64,000 bases of DNA, taken from the NCBI RefSeq assembly GCF_009914755.1, contig NC_060935.1. One strand, written 5' to 3'. The notes under the pieces were generated by a model. The model saw nothing but the letters and a program-made list of their open reading frames with translations. It did not search any database and was not told the DNA's origin. The stretch's first letter is position 1. Each line of letters opens with the position of its first letter. The DNA is from the human T2T-CHM13v2.0 reference genome, Homo sapiens. This document shows, piece by piece, positions 1-11,977 of this stretch. A program made the position numbers and the translations under genes.

Positions 1-152
1 ATGTATTTGCCACATCAAAGGCAAAACATTTAAATAACTTTGACAAAAGGAAACAAAAATGTCACAATAATATTGGAATTGTTTAGTTCCTAAGTTGAGG
101 GATAGGTCCCATGGGTCTTTATTATTATGCTTCATAACATATATACTTACAT

Positions 153-350
153 TAGGAGTGTGGTGGAACCTGCCCATGAGAGCTCTCAAGAATCAATTGC
201 GGACATCTCTTTCCAACTCCACATTCAGCCATGTCATGTTAGGAGCTAAAAATTGGCCAAGACGGCACTTACTAATACTACAGAATTGTCAAATTAGAAC
301 TTTTTTTTTTTTTTGAGTGGGCAGAGAGCTGCTTTATTAGAACACTCCAG
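153..350. mobile_element. MER63-like hAT MITE, degraded
   Basis: Resembles the recalled consensus (ACATCTCTTCCAACTCCACATTCAG...AAATTGGCCA). Confidence 0.45.
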
Positions 351-458
351 CTATATTATTTTTGTGTAAATCAAATATTATCTAATAAATAAAAGAAAAT
401 GAAATGTTTTAACATCTGATTCCAAGGCAGTTTAGTGAACACTGTAGAATGCTTATAA

Positions 459-750
459 TTTTATTTTATTTTTAGAGACAGGGTCTCACTCTGTTCCCCA
501 GACTGGAGTACAGTGGCTCAATCATAATTCATTGCACCCTCAAACTCCTGAGCCCCAGTGATCTTCCCGCCTCAGCTTCCTGAGTAGCAAGGCAGGTGCA
601 CCACCATGTACTACTAATTTTTAAAGCTTTTATATAGACAAGGTCTTGCTATGTTGTCCAGGCTGGTCTTGAACTTTTTGCCTCAGGTGATCCTCCTGCC
701 TTAGCCTCCTAAAGTGCTAGGATTACAGGTGTGAGCCACCATGCTGAGCC
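459..750 (-). mobile_element. AluJ
   Basis: AGAGACAGGGTCTCACTCTG...GAGCCACCATGCTGAGCC with J-type features and a T-rich tail. Confidence 0.9.
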
Positions 751-2487
751 TAGAACACTTAAATAATTTTAGAGGATCACATTTAATTAATACTCTGGCC
801 TAACATTCCTATGTAATTCAAATTATCCAATAGCTTGGGCAAGCATTCAGCTTTCCTCTAGAGGTGACTAAAAATATTCATGAGGTACCATGTTTATAAG
901 CCACAATATAAAAAACTGAAGCAAAGTGATTTACACACATCATTAAACCAGCCCCAATATGCTGCTTCTTAGTACCCTATGTTGCAGGACAAGTGAAAGA
1001 ATTATTGGTCAAAACTTGGCTTTTTCCTTCTACAATCTGCCCCACCTCTAAGGACCTAGGAGATAGTCGCCCATCTGCTCTAAAAACAGGATCTTCAATA
1101 CCTGGCACTGTGCCTAACAAATAGGAGGAGGTAAAAATATGAACTCAAAACAAGAAAATGATAAAGGGATGGGAAAGGGTATAGAAAGAGAAACAGAAAC
1201 TAATTCAAGGAAAGTAAGTCAGGAAAACTGAAGTTTCCATAGGCACACAAAGCATATGCTTATAAGAAAACAGAAGCAAGTCAACATAGGCAAGAAGCAG
1301 TTAGCCTGTAAGTGAAGAACAGATGTCCACCCTATAACTACACTAAACAATGAGACAGTTAACAGGTTATTCAAAATTCTGAAGAAAAATCTTCAGCTAA
1401 CAGGCTATATTGCTAGTCAGGCATATTGACCAACCATAAATAGGTTATCAAGGACATTAAAAAAAATAAAATCAGCACATTTTATGTCCTCAAAAAACAG
1501 AACAGAGAGCCAAAGATATATCACATCCCACCAAATCAAATGCCTACATGTGATAAAGATAAATTTTGGTTTCCAAAATACACAGAATGTTTCAGAGCAT
1601 TTACATAGCCTTTTGAGCCATTTAAAAATCACTATCACATTTTTAAGGTAAAAGCATGGTAAAAATAGAAATATTTATCAAAAGGGGACTGGATGAATAA
1701 ACTATTAAGTCACATAATGGAATATATGCAATAAATGTCATGTTAGAGTATGGATGTCTTAGCACATAATCCCCACGTAGATGCTATAGTTGATGCAAGC
1801 CAACAAAATTGGCAAAGGAAATGCATCTGTCTGTGTGTGTACATGTTCACAGATCAACTTAGGAACATTCGCAGACACAGAACATCCTATGCTCTACAAC
1901 AGGTTCATTAACTCTGTCTACCACCAACCTGGGGATCATGTGCACAGTCATTTCTGTCTCAGCCATATGGCTGCTTCTTAGCCCACAGCACATTTATTTT
2001 ATTTTACTTTGAGGTGATCAACATTATATTAAAAATCTACTTATAAGAAATTTTTATTATAGAGAACTACATTATTTAAAGTCCCATTTTTTTAAAACAG
2101 CAAAATATACATATAGTTAGAAAATCTAAATAAGAATGTAAATTCACAATGAAGTGAAAAATTTCTACCACCAATGTAACTACTATTAGCAATTTCTTGA
2201 AATTCTTTCCAGAAAAATCGTTTATAATAGTATGTAAATATTTATGGACAAATTATATGTATTACATGAATACATACTAATTCCATCACATACATTAAAA
2301 AGCTATGTCTGTTGAAAATGTTAAGCGATAAAAAAATTTAAGAGAATTTACTGAAAACAGAGAAATGACGTGCATATGAATGATTCTAAATGACAAATGA
2401 AGAGCCGAAGTTGGAATCCACAGTGAAAAATAATAAGAAATGAAGAAAAATTATACAATTGAAAAACATTTTTTAGATGTTGCTAGA

Positions 2488-3122
2488 GCTGTGTCTCTCA
2501 AACTATAGCATGTATATGAATCACCTGGGAACCCCATTAAAATGCAGACTCTGATTCAGGTCTGCGGTGGGGCCTGGGATTCTACATTTTTGACAAATGA
2601 CGTCCTCGGACCGCATCTTGAGTAGCAACAGTCTAGGCTAGAGTGGCACTGTTCAATAGAAATACAATGTAATCGACACATGTAATTTAAAATTTCCTAG
2701 TGATCCCAGTGAAGTAAAAATGAAATGAAAAGGTGATTAATATTAACAGCTTTTATTTCACTCCATATGCTGTATAGTCAATATATTATTTCAATATGCA
2801 ATAATATAAAAATTATCAATGAGAAATTTTCCATTGTTTTCTTTCGCTGTCATTAGAATACAATGTGTACTTTACAGTTACAACATACCTCATTTTGTAT
2901 TAGTCACATTTCAAGAACCCAATAGAACATGTATTTAGTAGCTAATCTACTCAAAAGTGTAGGTCTATAGCACATCAAAATAACCTAAAGAGCTTTTAAA
3001 AATACCTATAACCAGTTCCCATCTCTGACCAATTAAAACAATCTTTGGAATGGGGCCGGGCATTCAGAGTTTAAAAGCTCTCCAAGTGCTTCTCATTTGC
3101 AGCCAGGATTGAGAACCACCCA
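2488..3122. mobile_element. hAT-Charlie MITE cluster: MER5A (~2488-2630), MER33 (~2645-2962), MER5-like (~2970-3122)
   Basis: GAATCACCTGGG...ATGCAGACTCTGATTCAG; CTGTTCAATAGAAATACAATG...TGTAATTTAAAATTTCCTAG; GCAGCCAGGATTGAGAACCAC. Confidence 0.75.
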
Positions 3123-3849
3123 ACTAGAGAATCAATGTTAAGAGTTTACTTGGTGAAATATGTACAGAAAGGCAAGGCAGAGAGCAAATGGTGTAGCTCC
3201 TAAGAAACTTCCTTTAGGAGATTATTAAGAAAAGACCTCATCTGCCACAAAAGACTTAAAATACAGACAAAGCTGGTTTATTTATGGAAAAATATGCCCA
3301 AGAGAATGTTATGTCAAATGCAAGAAGAATATGCTAGTTGTAGGACCAATTCACACTCCTATTTGTTGGAAACACATCAAAAGAATGAATGAAAGCTTAG
3401 GTGATTTAGATATAAGAAGAAAAGGACTGCTCTCTTGAGAACCAAATTTTCTTCTAAGTAGAATGTCTTTAGACCCCTATCCATATCTCCATTAGGAAAA
3501 ATTATGACTGAATTAGTAGTATAAATCAGGAACATGCATTATTAGATGAATTAATTAGGACACTGTGTCATTCAATAGGTATATACTGAGTGTTTAAAAC
3601 CTTTCAAGGCTTTCCATTGCACTTAAGAGGTAAGTTTACTTCCCTTGCTCTTCCTCTCTTCCTATTGTAAACCCTATCTGAACCCTACCTTTACACTTTC
3701 CCATCTACCTTTTCTGGTCTTATCCATCACCTCCAGTACCAACTCCCAACCTACTTTCCCAATCCACCTTCCTCATCAAACATGTACTCACATGTAGGTG
3801 GCACACAAACACAATACCAGTCATTTTCAAATCCCTCTAAATTCTAGAT

Positions 3850-4063
3850 CAGTGCTGTCCAATAGAAATGTAAGAGCCCTATATGTAATTTTAAATCCCC
3901 AAGTAGCCACATTAAAACGGTAAAAAGAAACAGGTAAAAGTGAGTATTTTATTTAACCCAATATATCCAAAATGTTATTTTGAAATATAATCAATATAAA
4001 CAATTATTGAGATATTTACATTCAATAATGTAAGGCTACTGGCTACCATACTGGAACAGCACA
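3850..4063 (+). mobile_element. MER33, internally deleted
   Basis: CAGTGCTGTCCAATAGAAAT...GTAGCCACATTAAAA...GGCTACCATACTGGAACAGCAC; both termini present. Confidence 0.8.
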
Positions 4064-4414
4064 ACTCAAGCCATCATGGTCCCTGACCTTGGACTATCAC
4101 ACATATATTTCCCCAGGTCATCTTCCCCATTTCCATGGTGTCTGCCTTTTCGTCAGGCCAATGCCTACTCATCCTTCAGCACTCTTGTTTAAATGTCTTC
4201 TGTTCCAGGATCTCTTCACTGTTCCCATTCACCTAAGTCTGATGTCCTCCCTATGTGCTTCCACTATCAGCTTTATTACACCACTGATTTACATTAGGAG
4301 CAATAAGAGATCAGATACGAATATATTATTCCTGCTATCAAATAATTTGCAACTTAGTAAAACACAGATGCATAAAAAAAGTACATAAACAAATTGTAAT
4401 GAAGTCTGTAACCT

Positions 4415-4635
4415 GAAGGTTGTGAATACAGACTACCTAAGGCTGTATGCCAATTCCACCACTTAACTAGCTCTGTGATCTCCAGCGAATTACTTAACCT
4501 CTTAAACTTGTTTCTTCATCTATAAATGGGAATAATAGACTAATACTCGTGATGTTTTGAAGATTAAAAGAGATAAACCGATTAAGAAGTTTATCATGCC
4601 TAAGACATAGTAAGCCCACAAATGTCAGCTATTAT
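4415..4635 (+). mobile_element. MIR
   Basis: MIR core: TTACTTAACCTCT...TTTCTTCATCTATAAATGGGAATAATAG. Confidence 0.75.
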
Positions 4636-5554
4636 CCATTGCCCAGTACAGTATCTGAATGTAATTAACAAATATTTCTTCACTGGATGAATAATGCAAA
4701 TATACAAAAACTACAATAAAGAAATACTAACAAAATACTCTGGATATTCATAAGAAAGACAAATCTTTGATGGGATCAAGGAATGTTTTGAGTCAGAATC
4801 AGCATTTGATTTGGGTCTTATAAAACAGACTAATGAGGGACAGAAATAAAAGAAAGAAGTATCAGGAATTAAAGCTGGAAAATTAGGATAGTGCCAAGCA
4901 GCAAATCTTACTAAGCGAATTCTGGCTTAATAAGACTATTATTTGCTAAAAATGAACTGAAAGAGACAAATATAACTGTGAAAGTTTTTTGAAATTCAAG
5001 CAGGCTACCATTAATATGGAAGAACTGTTACTGTAGTAACATATAAATATATAACCAATATAAGTATATAATAAAAATGATTGAAGTTGTCGAGAGTCCA
5101 AATTTATGCAGATATCCACCGTAAGATTTTGCTCTTAGAATCTGAGATCAATTTAGAAATCGCATTGTTGTAAATGTATTGGTACATGGTAGAAATAGCA
5201 GTCCTTTTGAAGTACCACTGAGTCAATATATTTTTAAAGTTTGACAGCAGCTGTTGCTATTTGCAGGGCCTATTTTTGACCAACAATTCCTAACTCCATA
5301 TCTCTAACTTACAAAGTGGTATCCCGTTGTCCTGACTGATCTATTCTGAACTGATGAACTATTTCATTTAATCAAATGGGCTTTAATACATTTTTAACCT
5401 GACTGAAATTGATATTGGGATGCACCTTAGATACCCAGTCTTGGCTTAATTGTGTGAAAATCTTTTTCTAAAACCTTGATATTTTCTGATTAAGTGCAAG
5501 AAAGTGCCAGCATTGATGCATCTTGAGTTGTTGAAGTTCTGTAGATATGCTTAC

Positions 5555-6850
5555 CTGGATAAAAGCCATTTCCAGAAATGTTTGTCTTCCTGTCCTCTCC
5601 TTTATATGCCGGTATCCAAGTAACAGAAGCTTGGGTTTTCTACCATCCATTCATTCCCCAATAATTTCCTCAAAAAATACTTACTGAGCTCCTACTGTGT
5701 GAAAGGCACTATTTTTGGTGCTGGGGATATAACACCTCATAAAATGTGAAAATATGTCATTTTAGATGTCAAACACTATCCCTTTTCTATTGCCTGTCAT
5801 CGCTCTCTTAGCAGAAAGGATTCAACAGCTGCAGTCTCTAAAACTTACAAACCTTCTATGCCCAATCACAGAGAACAGCCATTTTCTAAAATCCCATTTC
5901 ACAATCGTTCTTCACTAGTTGGAAACAGGAATGAGATGTAGTTCACTTACGTAATCCTTGTGAAGATGATGTACTGCCAATGGCATAATATAACCAGGCA
6001 ACTTTTTACAAGCACTAAAACTTGAGAATGAAGTTCCTAGATACTTCATGATAAGTCAGAATTAAGAAGTCTGAGAAAAACCAGACGGCAAGTTCCGGAT
6101 CAAAAAAATTTGAGGGTAAATTAGTTAAGCAGTTCAAGAAGAAAAGCATCACAAATCTACAATATCAAACCCTACCCAAATTCTCTTTAAAGTGTGGCTT
6201 TCCCCTCCCCTATATTCTTATAGGGGATTCACTTCCCTGCCAAAAAGTATGTTCTTCTCTAAAACTCGTGGTAGGTGCATAACAAGTATACTTATGGGTC
6301 GACGGTTATCAAAGTATCTTTCACCTCCCTCCCGCTGCCTCCTTTGGGACCGTCCAAAAAGAGCCCCTGGGAAGACTCGAGTTAGACTGGGCTCCCGGAA
6401 GGCCACCCAGGGGAGCAGGGGCGCGCACCTGCCTCGGCCACAATGATGAGGTTGCTGCTGGTAGGAGTCCCGGTGGGAGTCGGGGCAACCTGGAAGATCT
6501 CCTCTCTCTGGGTATTAAATGAGAGTCCCGACTGAGTGCCCAGAAACTTCTGCAGTCTTGTTTCCGTGGCCTGGGCCCTCCCCAGCCTCCCCGGTCAGGC
6601 GACAGACGCGCGTGGCACTTCTCCCGAGCGTGCAGTCCCGCTACGTCGCAGCCCTTGGACCAAACCCGGCAGCAAGCGTTGCGCCAATTGCCGCTGACCC
6701 CTCCGGGACCCTACCCACTGCGAGGGCACCCACTGGTCACGGAGCCGCCGCTTCCCTGGCCGCCTCCTCCAGCATAGAACCGCTCACCTGCGACCCCGGC
6801 GGCACCTCCCCACGGTCGCCCCAAGGGGGGTAGGAAAAAAGATGCTTCAT
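5555..6850 (-). other. MSANTD4: Non-coding first-exon region of the minus-strand gene (likely MSANTD4), alternative donors at 6788 and 5555
   Basis: Consensus donors CAG|GTGAGC (6788) and CAG|GTAAGC (5555), with a weaker TAC|GTAAGT (5951). No coding exon is visible in the window. Confidence 0.55.
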
Positions 6851-7360
6851 TGATCCCCCGCCCACTAACTGGGCCCGCCCATCTCCCGCCACCCCAATGG
6901 CTCATATGGCTGCCGCTCATTTGATGAGTCTCATCCATTGGTTAGAATGGTGTAGCCATTCTGGCTGAGAGCCCGCCCTAGGCCTGGCCTCACAATGGGA
7001 ATCAAGTCCCAAACCGGTTCCGGGTTAGTGCCCTGGAATTCCGCCCCCTCGTGATTCACCTCCCTGTCTGTGCCCCGTCTGTGGCGCGCAGCTCTGTCAG
7101 TCAAGCGGACTCTAGGAAGGGATTGGCCCCTAGAGATCCGCTTGCTGCGCTGTTCCAACTGATTGGGGCACTGGCCGCTGCATCTCCAAACTCGTCTCTT
7201 GTCCTTGACCCTCACCTGTTAAAAGGGCAAAGAAGAAGTAGGAAACTTGTGCTGCTCCAGTCGGGTTCTTAGGCCAGCATCACCTTCTCCTCGACCAGCT
7301 GCGACCTAATTGGCCTCAGCCATTCCTCTAAGGCTGCCCGTGCCAAAGGTCGCTGGTGAC
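6290..7360. promoter_or_regulatory. MSANTD4: CpG-island promoter, probably of MSANTD4 (transcribed on - strand)
   Basis: GC/CpG-rich island with several CCAAT/ATTGG boxes (~6894, ~6937, ~7163, ~7309), GC boxes (~6857, ~6874, ~6973, ~7041), YY1-like ATATGGCTGCCG (~6904) and ETS TTCCGG (~7018). Strong minus-strand donor CAG|GTGAGC at 6788. Gene name rests on recalled synteny only. Confidence 0.75.
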
Positions 7361-7430
7361 TTCCTTATGGCTAAATCTAGGAGTCACTTCTTAGTCCTTA
7401 TCATACTATATACTTCCCAGAAGACATTTG

Positions 7431-7432
<2 letters not shown>

Positions 7433-7469
<37 letters not shown>
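7433..7469. repeat. T37 homopolymer
   Basis: 37 uninterrupted T. Confidence 0.95.
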
Positions 7470-7472
<3 letters not shown>

Positions 7473-8047
7473 ATTCTTCACTGTTTCCCCAAATATGTGC
7501 TTCTGCTTTCTTCTCTCCCAGTCCTCCTCTATATTCAAGTTTGCAGTTGCTTATTTTCTGCCGTCTCACGTTCAGGTGTTTGTGATTAGTGCACCTTTCT
7601 TCCCGCTGCCTCTGTCCAGGCCTCTGTGGACTCACCTGAATTCCATCAGTAGCCTCCTAGCTGGTCTCCCAACATCCTGTCTGCCGGACTGTAGTTCATT
7701 CTTCACGTTGTAGCCAAAATGAGCTGCTTAAAGTTTTTTAGTGGAATCTCACCACTGGTGATACAGTACAAACTCCTTATCGAACCTGAAAAATAAGGCA
7801 CCTACTTTTCCCTCAACCTTCATCTCTCGACATTATACCCACATTTCTTCTTCCTTACCCCATTCCCTTTGCTTCTTTCAGTTCCTGAACTCTACAGTGG
7901 CTACTGGGAAGTCAGTTTGCATTGCTGTGTTTCCTCCCTGCTTCTCCGCTATGCCTAGCATTCATTTTTAGAAATTCCTTTCTAAAGGAAGGCTTCCAAA
8001 ATTATCTCCATTCACCCTCCCTCCACTTCCAAGTATTCCCTTCCCTG

Positions 8048-8205
8048 TAGGTTTGCCAGATAAAAACAGGACGCTCAGTTAAATTTGAAGTTCAGATAAA
8101 AAGCAAATAATTTTTAATCTGTCCAATGGAATATTTGGTATCCATATGTTTATTTGCTAAATTTAAAAAAATAAAAATTTTTGTTTACTAAATCTGCAAG
8201 CCTAC
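8048..8205. mobile_element. MER53-like palindromic MITE
   Basis: TAGGTTTGCCAGATAAAA...CAGTTAAATTTGAAGTTCAGATAAA...CTAAATCTGCAAGCCTA. Confidence 0.7.
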
Positions 8206-9435
8206 TTCAGCGAGCTCTCATCACGGCCTTTCCTCTGACAGCACTTCCCACATATTTTATGTGGGTGGGGCTTTTCTTGTTTACTGTTGTGAATAACACA
8301 GTGCCTAGAATGTAACAGACAAAAAAGATTTGGTAAATAAATGGTGGAATATTCTGGAGGAATGGTGCATCCTTGCTGGATATTCTTGGAGGAACTCTCC
8401 CATAAAATAGGAAGTAATTATGAAATATGCTCTTTAAAATGTAATGATCAGTTTGATCTTACAGATTGTTACTTATGACTTTGTCAGTAAGTATAGACAT
8501 GTTTGTCAAAGAAGCATGTCTATACTTTTGCCAAAGTAGATCAAAAGAAACTTGTAATTTTTGGAAAAATACAAGTTGTATTTTATAATTTTGGATTTTG
8601 TTCATGGTGGGTGGTGTTTTTTTGATGAGTGCAGTGAGAAAGTAAGATAACTAGCTATCCCCATCATAACCAGACACTATCAGTTCTGTTCAGAACCTGT
8701 CCACCACTTGACTCTGTTTATTTACCTCAGTAATGGGGACAAGAATGGTGAATCAGTATTAACAAACTTTTGCTTTCGTATCATGAACTCTAAACTTTCC
8801 CCAATTAACCTCAGTCTCTTTGCTAATTGAAGTATCTTTTCCAAATACCCTCACTATTTCCTCTCAGCTACATCTTGTCTGAGTGGATATGGACCAACAA
8901 TGAAGAATTTGAAGGTAATCCATAATGTGTACTATCAGTACTCCATGATCAACCTGTTTGCTGATTTAATTTTTCTTAAGTCCAGGCTAGAGATTTGACC
9001 CAAAGATACTTACACACTTACTTTACAACTGTGCTGTCCAACTGTGATAGCCAGATGAGTCATTGGAATGTGGCTAGTACAACCAAATAACTGAATTTTA
9101 ATTTTATTAATTTTAATTAACTTTAATTTAAAAACTGATATTTGATTCAAGTTACTAGATACTTCTATTTGGAAAATTTGGGTTATGTGTATACTTTTTC
9201 AATTGTAAACTTTTTGAAATCTAAATATAGATCAAGTATTTCTGATTTAAAAATAGTGTCTGAATTGAGATGTGCTGTAAGTGTAAAATATATGCAGGAT
9301 TCCAAGATTTAGCATGAAAAAAATAAATATCTCACTAATAATTTTTGTGTTGACTATAAGTTGAAATTATAATTTTTGCATAATTAGGTTAAGAAAAATA
9401 TATTATTAAAATTAATTTTACCTGTTTTTAAATTG

Positions 9436-11345
9436 TTTCCAGCTTTATTGAGGTATGATTGACAAATAAAAATTATATATATTCATGATGATTTGATATA
9501 CATATACATTGTGAAATGATTACCACAATCAATACATCCATCACCACACATAGTTACCATTATTTGGTGGGGGGGGGTGGGGGGGGGAGGTGAGGGCACT
9601 TAAGATGCACTTTCTTAGAAAATTTCAAGTAAACAATATAATATTAACTATAGTCACCATGCTTTATGACAGATTCCCATAACTTACTCATTTTATAACT
9701 GGAGGTTTCTTCACAACCCCCAGCCCTGGCAGTACCATTCTGCCCTCTACTTCTTTGAGTTCTACTTTTTTTTTTTTTCCTTTTAGAGACAGAGTCTCAC
9801 TCTGTTGTCCAGGCTGAAGTGCAATGGAATGGTCATACCTCACTGCAGCTTAGAACTCCTCGGCAAACGTGATCTTCCCACCTTGCTAGGACCCCAGGCA
9901 TCGCTGCCACATCTGGCAATTTTTTTTTTTTTTTTTTTTGGTTGAGACAGGGTCTCACTGTGTTGCCTAGGCTGACTAGAACTTCCAGCCTCAAGCAGTC
10001 CTTCCACCTCAGCCTTGCAAAGTGCTTACAGGTGTGAGCCACTGCATCTGAGTAGAATTCAAGTTTTTGTGATTCCACATATAGGTGAGATCATACAGTA
10101 TTTGTCTTTCTGTGTGTGGCTTATTTCACTTAGTATAACGTCCTCTTGATGCAAATGGCAGAATTTCCTTCATTTTTACGGCTGAATAATATTCCATTGT
10201 GCATATGTATATGTATATGTATATACATATACACACCACAGGTTCTTTATGAACTCATCCATAGATGGACACTTAGGTTATTTCCATATCTTGGCTATTA
10301 TGAGTAATACTGCAATAAACATGGAAGTGTAGATATGTCTTTGACATACTAATTTCATTTCCTTATTAATATATACCCAATAGTGGGGTTGCTGAATTGC
10401 TGAATTGTATGGTTGCTCTATTTTTAATTTTTTGAGGAACCTCCATACTTGTTTTCATAATAGTTGTACCAATTTCTATTCCCACCAACAGTGTACAAGG
10501 GTTTTCCTTTTCCCATGTCCTCACCAACACTTGTTGTCTTTTTAAAAACTAATAGCCATTCTGACAGCTATGAGGTGACGAGTCATTGTGGGTTTGATTT
10601 GTATTTCCTTGATGGTTAATGATGTTGATCATCTTTTCATATACTTATGGGCCATTTGTATGTCTATTTTGGAGAAGTGTCTATTTAGATTTTTTTGTCC
10701 ATTTTTCAATCAGGTTATTTGTTTTTTTGCTATTGAGTTATATGAATTCCTTATATATTTTGGATATTAATCTCTTACCAGATATATGGTTTACAACTAT
10801 TTTTATTCCATAGGTTGCTTTTCCATTTTGTTTCCTTTGCTGTACAGAAGGCTTTAAGTTTGTTGTAGTACCACTTATTTTTGCTTTTCTTTGTGCTTCA
10901 GTGTCTTATCCAAAAAATCATTGCCAAGACCAATGTCAAGGAGATTTTCCCCTATGGTTTCATTTAGGAGTTTTAGAGTGTCAAGTCTTGTATTTACATC
11001 TTTAATCCATTTCAAGTTAATTATTGTATGTGGTATAAGATGAGGGTCCAATTTTATTCTTTTCTATGTGGATATCCATATACAAAAGTTTTCCAACACC
11101 ATTTATTGAAGAGACTATCGTTTTCACATTGCATATTGTATATATTCATTGACACCTATATCAAAGATTAGTTGACTGTATGTGAGTGGATTTATTTCTG
11201 GCTTCTCCATTCTGTTCCATTGGTATGTGTGTATGGTTTTATGCTAGTACCATACTATTTTGATACTGTAGCATTGTAATACAGTTTGAAATGAGGAAGT
11301 GTGATACCTCCAACTTTGTTCTTTTTTCTGAATATTTCTTTGGCT
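9436..11345 (-). mobile_element. L1MA-type LINE 3' portion (3'UTR + ORF2 end), interrupted by AluJ
   Basis: CTTTATTGAGGTATGATTGACAAATAAAAATT; TTCCCACCAACAGTGTACAAGG; TTGCCAAGACCAATGTCAAGGAG. Confidence 0.88.
9766..10052 (-). mobile_element. AluJ with linker expanded to ~T20
   Basis: AGAGACAGAGTCTCACTCTG...ACAGGTGTGAGCCACTGCA. Confidence 0.88.
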
Positions 11346-11401
11346 ACTTGTGTTTTTTTATTTTTTTTAATGAGGCTAATAGAAAATTTGAACTTTTATG
11401 T

Positions 11402-11977
11402 TGATGTGGTTTGGCTGTGTCCCCACCCAAGTCTCATCTTGAATTGTAACTCTCACAATTCCCACATGTCTTGGGAGGAGCCCAGTGGGAGGTGATTGAA
11501 TTACAGGGGTGGGTCTTTCCTGTGCTGTAATCATGATAGTGAATGTAACAGACACTCAAAAAATATTTGGTTAATAAATGATGGAATATTCTGAATGAAT
11601 GGTAAATCCTTGCTGGATATTCTTGGAGGAACTCTCCCATAAAATAGGAAGTAATTATGAAATATACGCTTTAAAATGTAATGATTGGTGTAAGCTTACA
11701 GGTTATTACTTATGACTTTGTCAGTAAGTAGAGACATGCTTGTCTCTACTTACTCATGAGAGTCTCATGAAATCTAATGGTTTTAAAAATGGGAGTTTCC
11801 CTGCACAAGCTCTCTCTTCTCTTGTCTGCCACCATATGAGACATGCCTTTCACCTTCTGCCATGATTGTGAGGCCTCCCCAGCCACATGGAACTGTAAGT
11901 CCATTAAATCTCTTTCTTTTGGAAATTACCCAGTCTCAGGTATATCTTTATCAGCAGTATGAAAATGGACTAATACA
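11402..11977 (+). mobile_element. THE1 (THE1C-like) solo MaLR LTR carrying a ~215-bp foreign insert
   Basis: TGATGTGGTTTGGCTGTGTCCCCACCC...GAAAATGGACTAATACA, with a perfect 5-bp TSD TATGT (11397-11401 and 11978-11982). Confidence 0.92.

Noticed and set aside
6192-7713. Cluster of overlapping 60-104 aa ORFs in the first CpG island
   Set aside because: Expected from stop-codon scarcity in GC-rich DNA; no recognisable domains.
9755-10062. Apparent inverted (rather than direct) repeats flanking the AluJ
   Set aside because: A degenerate direct TSD explains the flanks; the target is near-palindromic.
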